Shown here in pieces: positions 26,014 through 32,014 of a stretch of 32,014 bases of DNA. The stretch is from Candidatus Bathyarchaeota archaeon (lineage in GTDB: Archaea; Thermoproteota; Bathyarchaeia; TCS64), in the NCBI GenBank assembly GCA_013329615.1, contig DUKA01000032.1:1-32014 (forward strand), read 5' to 3'. The notes under the pieces are model-generated. The model saw nothing but the letters and a program-made list of their open reading frames with translations, did not search any database and had not been told where the DNA came from. Both the position numbers and the translations under genes were made by a program. Positions within the stretch are counted from its first letter, which is position 1. Every line of letters begins with the position of its first letter.

Positions 26014-26577
26014 GTGTCTCACTTGAATCAGGTTCTCGATATAATCAAGAAGAGGCGCTCGTGGCGCGCCTTCGAGGCGAAGACGGTCCCTAAGAAGCTC
26101 GTGGAGCAGGTTATCAACGCGGGGAACGAGGCTCCCAGCGGCATGAACAGCCAACCGTGGCGCTTCGTCGTCATAGAGAGTGAGGCGATGAGGAGGAGGC
26201 TATTCGACGCCGCCTACCCCAAATGGCGAAGGGTCTACGAGGACCTGATGAGAAACCCCGCCTCCGCCAAGGAGGCCGAGAAATACGGGAAGATTGAGGA
26301 TCCAGTCTACTACCGCGCCCCCGTCGTCGTCTTCGTCATAGGCAAGGGGGCCGTCAACTGCGCACTCTGTTGCGAGAACATGATGCTCGCCGCCGAGTCG
26401 CTGGGGCTGGGGAACTGCTACGTCTACTTCGGCTCACTAATCAGGGACGACCCAGTGATCGTCGAGGCACTCGAACTCGGTGAAAAGGACGAGATATACG
26501 GCCCCATCCTCCTCGGCTACCCGAAGGGGAAACCCGAGGTACCACCCAAGAAGCCAGCGAAGGTGAAGTGGGTTTAA
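26014..26577 (+). CDS. Nitroreductase family protein
   Basis: 187 aa with a GTG start. IKKRRSWRAFEAKTVPKKLVEQVINAGNEAPSGMNSQPWRFVVI is the canonical nitroreductase N-terminus. A TATA-like GTTTTATAA lies about 28 nt upstream. Confidence 0.85.
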   Translation: MSHLNQVLDIIKKRRSWRAFEAKTVPKKLVEQVINAGNEAPSGMNSQPWRFVVIESEAMRRRLFDAAYPKWRRVYEDLMRNPASAKEAEKYGKIEDPVYYRAPVVVFVIGKGAVNCALCCENMMLAAESLGLGNCYVYFGSLIRDDPVIVEALELGEKDEIYGPILLGYPKGKPEVPPKKPAKVKWV

Positions 26578-26589
26578 AAATACGGGGCA

Positions 26590-27337
26590 TCATTTCTTGG
26601 GGGTGTTTTTCTTCGCAGCCTTTTCGCGCAGGGTTTTAATGCCTATAGCTACGGCCTTCACCCTGCCCGCTACACCGCCCTCGAAGCTGGCGTTCACTAT
26701 GTCCCTGTAGTCCTCTTTTGAAATGCTCATATCGCTGATGGCGTCCATGGTCTCCCTGCTGATGGTTCCCCCCGGCGAGTTCTGCCTCGGCTCTTCTTGT
26801 CGCCTCCGCATTGTCGTCGAACAGGCTCGGGGCACCCACAACTCCCGCCGTCGGGATTAGCGCCTCCCCCCCACATGCCTCGCGTGCCTCATCCATTTCT
26901 TGAAGTGAGCACTCATGAGGGAGAAGTTCTCTATATCGGGGAACCCGCAGGAGGCTACGAGCACGCCCTTGGCGGGGGATTGAACCTATGAGGGTGCACG
27001 GTCAACCCATCACCCATGTCAACCTAGAGGGGATCGAGGTTGACGAAGAATCTATCCATGACGTTTTTTACTGTCGCGGGGAAGCCGAAGGCGTAGACGG
27101 GGGCGGCGACGACCAGGTAGTCGTAGCGCTTGTAGACGTCGAAGATGCCCTGGAAGTGTCCCTCTGGACGCACTCCCTCCTGTTCTTGCCCACCCAACAG
27201 CTCTTGCACGGCCCTATCTTCATCTTGTGGTGGTAGAACTTGTGAAGTTCCACCTCCCCCATGCCGTCGATTAGTGTATCGAGCATCCTCTCGGTGAATG
27301 ACGAGTCTCTCTGCGGACCTGATATGGCGAGCACCAC
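26590..27337 (-). pseudogene. Disrupted iron-sulfur flavoprotein / FMN-reductase paralog (4 frameshifts plus 1 in-frame TAG)
   Basis: Five minus-strand pieces in three frames join into one flavoprotein collinear with the intact gene at 20479-21168. The pieces are: VLAISGPQRD..PCKSCW..ECVQRD / HFQGIFDVYKRYDYLVVAAPVYAFGFPATVKNVMDRFF..DPL* / KGVLVASCGFPDIENFSLMSAHFKKWM / EALIPTAGVVGAPSLFDD / TISRETMDAISDMS... Confidence 0.65.
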
Positions 27338-27496
27338 AGGTTTTTTCGCGCCGCCGTCGGGCTTGGACTTGGTATCTGGTTCGATGAGTGTCGATTAAAA
27401 GCCTTGGGCGGATGCCCCCACAGAATATTGAGCGAAAAACACCGCCATGGCCATCACTTATTATAAATTGTCTGTAACATCACACCACTACTCTGA

Positions 27497-27527
27497 CTTT
27501 TAATAGACAATAACATCAATCAATTGA
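27497..27527 (+). promoter_or_regulatory. TATA-like element plus a perfect 8-bp palindrome upstream of the envelope operon
   Basis: CTTTTAATAGAC (27497-27508) lies about 50 nt upstream of TTG 27559. TCAATTGA (27520-27527), preceded by ATCAA, sits between the TATA element and the AGGTGA Shine-Dalgarno sequence (27546-27551). Confidence 0.35.
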
Positions 27528-27558
27528 CAGTTGGAAAAAGGGGTTAGGTGACACTGGG

Positions 27559-28077
27559 TTGAAGAGAAAGGCGAGGATGATGGGCTTGCTGTTCGTCGTC
27601 CTCTGGTTCAGCGTAGTTACCGTCTCGGCCTACGTCTTCCAGCAGAGTCAGATGACTGTGACGCAGACGGTCAAGGAGATAGCCACGATTACTCTGCAGA
27701 ACTCCGCCCTAGGCAACATAAACGAGGGTGAGACGAAGGGTTACACGAAGGCGGAGGTAGCGACGCTCGGCAACGCGATAGAACTCGTCACGACAACCGT
27801 CGACGTCTACATGCATTTAAACAGCGACCTCGACTCCCAGGACGACTACTCTACCTACTCGATAACTGTGAAGTACATAACCGTCCCCGGCGGCTCGGCG
27901 CACAACGTTGGCGACACGGCGTGCACGCTGACCAAGGCGGCCCCCGACCCGGCTGGTGTGACGCTCGATGTCTCGGGCACTTGGAGGTTCGACCTCGAGA
28001 TCACGACCACGGCCAGTTCCGTCGACGCGGACACCCCGACAACCGTCACCATAATTGTGACGGCGGAGAGTACGTAG
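27559..28077 (+). CDS. Exported / N-terminally anchored Thr-Val-rich beta-rich protein of unknown family (possible TasA/camelysin-like fibre subunit)
   Basis: 172 aa. The TTG start lies 7 nt after AGGTGA. The N-terminus is MKRKAR followed by a 20-aa hydrophobic stretch. The mature part is rich in T/V/S/D with alternating beta-strand-like patterns and ends TVTIIVTAEST. Confidence 0.7.
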   Translation: MKRKARMMGLLFVVLWFSVVTVSAYVFQQSQMTVTQTVKEIATITLQNSALGNINEGETKGYTKAEVATLGNAIELVTTTVDVYMHLNSDLDSQDDYSTYSITVKYITVPGGSAHNVGDTACTLTKAAPDPAGVTLDVSGTWRFDLEITTTASSVDADTPTTVTIIVTAEST

Positions 28078-28085
28078 GTGTTTGT

Positions 28086-28307
28086 ATGATACGTGTCAGT
28101 GAGGGCTGGAAGAGGGCGGCGATGGTCGGGTCGGCGGTCATCTGGACCATCTCAATCCTCACAATAATGATAACTGGAGCGTTGAACCAGAACGTGTTCC
28201 CTGAGAGGGTCGACCCCGTGGTGCTGGCGACGCTCGTAGTCTCCACGATGGCCTTCGCGAGCGCGCTCGCATACATGGGGATAAAGAAGATCTGGTTCGA
28301 GTCCTGA
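28086..28307 (+). CDS. Small two-TM membrane protein
   Basis: 73 aa. ATG 28086 lies 5 nt after AGGTG (28076-28080). Two hydrophobic helices are present (AAMVGSAVIWTISILTIMITGAL and VVLATLVVSTMAFASALAYMGI). It sits between the two exported-protein genes. Confidence 0.55.
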   Translation: MIRVSEGWKRAAMVGSAVIWTISILTIMITGALNQNVFPERVDPVVLATLVVSTMAFASALAYMGIKKIWFES

Positions 28308-28332
28308 CGCCACGGCGTGGGAGACCCGGCGG

Positions 28333-29769
28333 GTGATCTCTTTGCGAGATGCGGGCGGCAGGCGGGTCGTCACCTCGAGGTCGAGGCTGGCCATGCTCCT
28401 AGGCGGGCTAATACTGCTCATCGTTGGACAGGTCGCCTCGGGCTACGTCCACGAGCAGAGCTCACAGGCGGCCACTCAGACGATTGTCTCGGCGAACGCG
28501 AAGGCGTTCATCGCGTATACGTCTAACTCTGGTTCCCTCCTCATGGAGTCGCCGAAGGGTGGGACGTGGACGGGGGAGGCATGGACGTATCCCGAGGAAC
28601 TCTCTTCCACGGGTGGCACGCTGATGTGGGTCAGGGCTGTGAGTTGCCCCCTCTCGGAGCGGTACTATGAGAAGATCGTCGTCACATTATCGTCAGATGC
28701 TCGTATCTCGGCGTTCGTCTGGACCGGCACAACGTGGTCGGTCTACGATGACATAGGGGCCGTGAACTCCGCCGCCGCGTCGTATCGATCCTTCGACGTC
28801 GTATACGAGGGCACAAGCGGTGACGCCGTGCTCGTCTACGCCGTCGACTCGGCGAGCGGGAGCGAGGACCTCGCCTACAAGGTGTGGGACGGGTCGAGCT
28901 GGTCCACCGAGACTTATATCAACGACGCGGGACACGGAGGAGATATCAATTACAGGTGGATGGCGCTCCGCTCCGACCCGACTGCGGGATCGGATGAGGT
29001 TGCCCTGATCGCTGTCAATCAGAGCAGCGGCGACGCCGACGCATGGATATGGGACGGCTCCAGCTGGGGGAACTTCATGGAGCTGGAGACTAGCCTCTCC
29101 TCGGTCAGGACGTGTGAGTGCCTCGGCCTCGCCTACGAATCGTCATCAGGTGCCGCGCTCTTCGCGTGGTGCGCCGCGGGGAACGTCGAGGCACGGGTCT
29201 GGTCCGGGTCGGCTTGGGAGGCTGAGCTACCAGCGGTCGTAATCTCGGTTACGAGCAACGTGCGCTGGATCACCCTGAAGCGGGACCCTTCCTCTGACAT
29301 AATTATGGCTACCACGATCGATCTGGATGATGATCTCAATACGATCCTGTGGGATGGCGCTTCTTGGGGCGTCCCCGAGGAGCACGCTACGGCGCTGACG
29401 ACCACTTCGAGGAGGTGCGCCGACTACGAGTGGGAGCCGTCGGGGAGCACTGGCCTACTGGTCTGTAGCGTAGAATCCGGTTCGCTGAGCTGGAAGAGAT
29501 ACGTCGCGGGCGGCACTTGGAGCGTGGCTTCAACGGTGGCTAACGCGGGGACGCATATATGGGTGACTCTGAGGAGGAATCCACGGGAGGTCTCGGGGGA
29601 CGTCAAGATATTTGGCGCCGCCCTGAACAGCAATCGGGACCTCTATGGATTCAGGTGGGACGGCTCGACGCTCACGTTCGAGGGCTCTGCGTTCACCGTG
29701 GACACTGGCTCCACCACCTACGAGTGTTTCGACATCGCCGTCAGGCCGATGTTTAGCCCTCTGAGTTAG
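28333..29769 (+). CDS. N-terminally anchored protein with eight WxGxxW repeats of about 50 aa (beta-propeller-like)
   Basis: 478 aa with a GTG start. It has an Arg-rich N-terminus and a hydrophobic segment. The motif recurs at aa 79, 130, 185, 240, 290, 340, 391 and 442: TWTGEAW, VWTGTTW, VWDGSSW, IWDGSSW, VWSGSAW, LWDGASW, YVAGGTW, RWDGSTL. Confidence 0.8.
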   Translation: MISLRDAGGRRVVTSRSRLAMLLGGLILLIVGQVASGYVHEQSSQAATQTIVSANAKAFIAYTSNSGSLLMESPKGGTWTGEAWTYPEELSSTGGTLMWVRAVSCPLSERYYEKIVVTLSSDARISAFVWTGTTWSVYDDIGAVNSAAASYRSFDVVYEGTSGDAVLVYAVDSASGSEDLAYKVWDGSSWSTETYINDAGHGGDINYRWMALRSDPTAGSDEVALIAVNQSSGDADAWIWDGSSWGNFMELETSLSSVRTCECLGLAYESSSGAALFAWCAAGNVEARVWSGSAWEAELPAVVISVTSNVRWITLKRDPSSDIIMATTIDLDDDLNTILWDGASWGVPEEHATALTTTSRRCADYEWEPSGSTGLLVCSVESGSLSWKRYVAGGTWSVASTVANAGTHIWVTLRRNPREVSGDVKIFGAALNSNRDLYGFRWDGSTLTFEGSAFTVDTGSTTYECFDIAVRPMFSPLS

Positions 29770-29770
29770 T

Positions 29771-31387
29771 CTACCAGCCTAGTGCCTGGCCGTCGCCACG
29801 TGGGTCGCTGCCCGCTGTGAGTGCGCCCGTCTTGGAGTTCCTGAGGATTATCTGACCCTTGCCGAAGATTATGCGGTTTGGTCCGGCGACGGGGATGACG
29901 TCATGGCCCATGCGGGCGAGGGCGGCCATGGTGTCTACGGGTATACCCTCCTCGAGGCTGACCTTGCCTCCGGCGGTGCCGTCGAGTATGCAGAAGCGGG
30001 GCGCGTCGAGCGCGTCCTGCGGCCCCATGCCGTAGTCGATCATGTTTGTGACAACCTGCACGTGGCCCTGTGGCTGCATGAAACCCCCCATGACACCGAA
30101 GGGGGCGTATAGGTCGCCGTTCCTCGTCATCATACCGGGGATGATGGTGTGGTATGGCCTCTTACCCGGGGCGAGGACGTTGGGGTGGCGCTTGTCCAAG
30201 CTGAAGCCGGAGCCCCTGTTCTGGAGGGTGAAGCCACAGCCTCTGGGGATGAGACCCGTGCCGAAGCCGGAGTAGTTGCTGTTTATGAAGCTGCAGGCGT
30301 TGCCCCAGCGATCTACGGTGCAGAGGTAGACGGTGTCGCTGCCCGTCACCGGGCTGCCGTGGACCCTGTCTAGAACTGCCTTGGCTGGGTTGATGTGCTG
30401 CCTCCTCTCCTCGGCGTACTCCTTCGAGATTAGCTCCTTGATGGGGACGTGTGTGACGGATGGGTCGGCGACATACCAGCGGGTGTCGGCGAAGGCGGTC
30501 CTCATGGCTTCGATGAGCAGATGGAGCCTCTGCGGGGAATCGTATGGGAGGTTTGTGAACCTGAATCCCTCGAGCACGTTGAGGGCGATGAGGGCCGTGA
30601 TGCCCTGCCCGTTTGGGGGTATCTCCCAGACGTCGACGCCGCGGTAGTTGATCGTGATGGGTTCGTCAAATGTGGATTTATGCTTCTTGAGATCTTCTAG
30701 GGTCATGGTGCCGCCCTTGAGGGCTAGCAGCTCGACTATCGCCTCGGCGACGCGGCCCTCGTAGAAGCCCGCCTTGCCGTGCTCGACGACCTCGCGCAGG
30801 CTCTTGGCGAGGGTGGGGTTCTTCATTATCTCACCCGCGCCTGGCGCCCTGCCGTTTATGAGCATCTCGTCCCCGTATGGCCCGGTTTTTAGGAAGGGTA
30901 TGCCATTCGCCCACGCGCGCGCCGTTAGGGGGGAGACGGGGTATCCTCCCTCGGCAAGCTCGATGGCAGGGGTGAGGACATCCTTCATGGCGAGTGTTCC
31001 GAACTTCTCGATGGTGTCCACCCAGCCCGCGACTGCGCCGGGGACCGTGACGGTGTGTATGCCGTTTGAGGGCATCTTGGTGAAGCCCTCGCCGAGGAGC
31101 TTCTCGGGGGTGAGCCCCGCAGGGGCGCGGCCGCTGCCGTTCATCCCCTTTACGCGTCCCTTCGCGGCGTCGTAGTAGAGTGCGAAGCAGTCACCGCCCA
31201 TTCCTGTGCTGCACGGCTCGGTTACGTTGAGTGCGGCGGCGACGGCGACCGCCGCGTCGGCGGCGTTTCCGCCCTTCTGGAGTATGCGCATCCCCGCCTC
31301 GCTTGAGAGGGGCTGGCTCGAGGCGACGACGCCCCGGGTCCCGTAAACGGGTGAGCGCCGCGAGTTGAACCACATCGCCACCACCAT
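29771..31387 (-). CDS. ggt: Gamma-glutamyltranspeptidase
   Basis: 538 aa with an ATG start. It has GGNAADAAVAVAAAL...P.STGMGGDCF, the autoprocessing Thr context GSDTVYLCTVD, and the GGFMQPQGH block. Confidence 0.9.
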   Translation of the reverse strand: MVVAMWFNSRRSPVYGTRGVVASSQPLSSEAGMRILQKGGNAADAAVAVAAALNVTEPCSTGMGGDCFALYYDAAKGRVKGMNGSGRAPAGLTPEKLLGEGFTKMPSNGIHTVTVPGAVAGWVDTIEKFGTLAMKDVLTPAIELAEGGYPVSPLTARAWANGIPFLKTGPYGDEMLINGRAPGAGEIMKNPTLAKSLREVVEHGKAGFYEGRVAEAIVELLALKGGTMTLEDLKKHKSTFDEPITINYRGVDVWEIPPNGQGITALIALNVLEGFRFTNLPYDSPQRLHLLIEAMRTAFADTRWYVADPSVTHVPIKELISKEYAEERRQHINPAKAVLDRVHGSPVTGSDTVYLCTVDRWGNACSFINSNYSGFGTGLIPRGCGFTLQNRGSGFSLDKRHPNVLAPGKRPYHTIIPGMMTRNGDLYAPFGVMGGFMQPQGHVQVVTNMIDYGMGPQDALDAPRFCILDGTAGGKVSLEEGIPVDTMAALARMGHDVIPVAGPNRIIFGKGQIILRNSKTGALTAGSDPRGDGQALGW

Positions 31388-31440
31388 ACACCGCTAGGTG
31401 AAAAAGGTTAACCCTCATCGTTCGGCCAACCGAGACGCGC

Positions 31441-32004
31441 TCAGTAGTGTTTCTCTATCCCGCCGAAGCCGAACAGCCTGTTCTTCTCGGTCATCCTGAT
31501 GAAGTAGTTGAGGCGTTTCTCGAACTCCGCGGGGCGGTTTCTCGCGCCCTCGATGAAGGCGACGCGGATTCTCCTGTACTCGGGGGAGAAGCGTTGGTAA
31601 TTCTCCCACGCCTGCTCGTTTTCCTGCAGGGCCTTCAGGATGTCGGGGGGCGCGACGTATTCCTCGTCGAGTATCCCCTCCAGCGTCGCCAGCACTGAGG
31701 GTATGACCCTCCCCTGTTTTACGAGCGCCCTCAGCCTCTGCTTGTTGGCCTCGGAGTAGCTGCTCCCCGGTTTCCGCGGGGAGAACCGCTGTGCGTAGGA
31801 GTACTCGTCGATGCGCTTGACGGTGCTGTCGATCCAGCCGAAGCAGAGCGCCTCCTCGACGGCGTCGTTGTAGAGGATGCGTGGCCTGCCGCTCGCCTTC
31901 TTGGGGTAGAGCAGCCAAGCCTCCTTCTCCTTGTCGTGGTTCTCGGTGAGCCACGACCGCCACTCTGCCCTGTCCTTGAAGTATAGCTCTGTGCCCACGT
32001 GCAT
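31441..32004 (-). CDS. YdeI/OmpD-associated family protein
   Basis: 187 aa. LYFKDRAEWRSWLTENH...EAWLLYPKK...NDAVEEALCFGWIDS...RFSPRKPGSSYS matches the YdeI (OmdA) family pattern. Confidence 0.8.
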   Translation of the reverse strand: MHVGTELYFKDRAEWRSWLTENHDKEKEAWLLYPKKASGRPRILYNDAVEEALCFGWIDSTVKRIDEYSYAQRFSPRKPGSSYSEANKQRLRALVKQGRVIPSVLATLEGILDEEYVAPPDILKALQENEQAWENYQRFSPEYRRIRVAFIEGARNRPAEFEKRLNYFIRMTEKNRLFGFGGIEKHY

Positions 32005-32014
32005 GTAGTGGCGG

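Noticed and set aside
26636-27209. Track ORFs 26636..26896 and 27024..27209 as independent small genes
   Set aside because: They are better explained as out-of-frame fragments of one disrupted flavoprotein gene (see the pseudogene at 26590..27337).
27559-27640. Class III (type IV pilin/archaellin) signal peptide in protein A
   Set aside because: The only candidate site is KRKA|RMMG, with Arg at +1. This does not fit the [KR][GA][small/hydrophobic] prepilin-peptidase pattern as I know it. No pilus ATPase, platform or peptidase genes are nearby.
27921-28085. Upstream part of the 128-aa track ORF 27921..28307
   Set aside because: This part overlaps gene A out of frame and translates to an Arg/Gly/His-rich sequence. 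Only the portion from ATG 28086, which has its own AGGTG RBS and two TM helices, looks genuine.
31415-31963. 182-aa minus-strand ORF in an alternative frame of the YdeI-like gene
   Set aside because: The translation is Arg/Gly/Glu-rich and low-complexity. The YdeI frame carries clear family motifs.
1-32014. Visual search for tRNA/rRNA genes, CRISPR arrays, IS elements or long terminal/direct DNA repeats
   Set aside because: The intergenic regions are short (at most about 260 nt). None shows tRNA-like cloverleaf arms, regularly spaced repeats or transposase ORFs. A computational scan (tRNAscan-SE, Infernal, self-dotplot) would be needed to exclude them formally.

Overview
This is a gene-dense, high-G+C archaeal chromosomal segment with about 38 protein genes on both strands. 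I found no rRNA, tRNA, CRISPR array or recognisable IS element by eye. Archaeal markers are a histone-fold protein, Nep1, archaeal D-aminoacyl-tRNA deacylase (DtdA), diphthine-ammonia ligase (Dph6) and an archaeal-type ThrRS. The ThrRS lacks the N-terminal editing domain, as in Thermoproteota-like 'ThrRS-cat' enzymes; this lineage hint is inference only. Most genes are housekeeping or metabolic: BKACE, CoA-transferase A/B plus cupin, an F420/LLM oxidoreductase, rhaB-rhaA, kynureninase, GGT, nitroreductase and an Isf-like flavoprotein. The best candidate for an undescribed system is a compact three-gene envelope operon at 27559-29769. It encodes a Thr/Val-rich exported protein, a 2-TM mini-protein and an 8-repeat WxGxxW propeller-like protein. 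The first and third proteins share a conserved N-terminal anchor/post-anchor motif, and no known pilus machinery is nearby. Other notable items:
- a covalently duplicated bacterioferritin-like gene
- an EF-Tu-like protein with degenerate GTPase motifs
- a DUF72 protein with a SWIM-like C-terminal extension
- a lower-G+C GH3 / 7TM-DUF835-like gene pair
- a multiply frameshifted flavoprotein pseudogene
- a vapBC module with a phased ACATGT operator array
- pervasive overlap or abutment of convergent gene ends
All family assignments come from motif recognition in the supplied translations, because no database search was possible.
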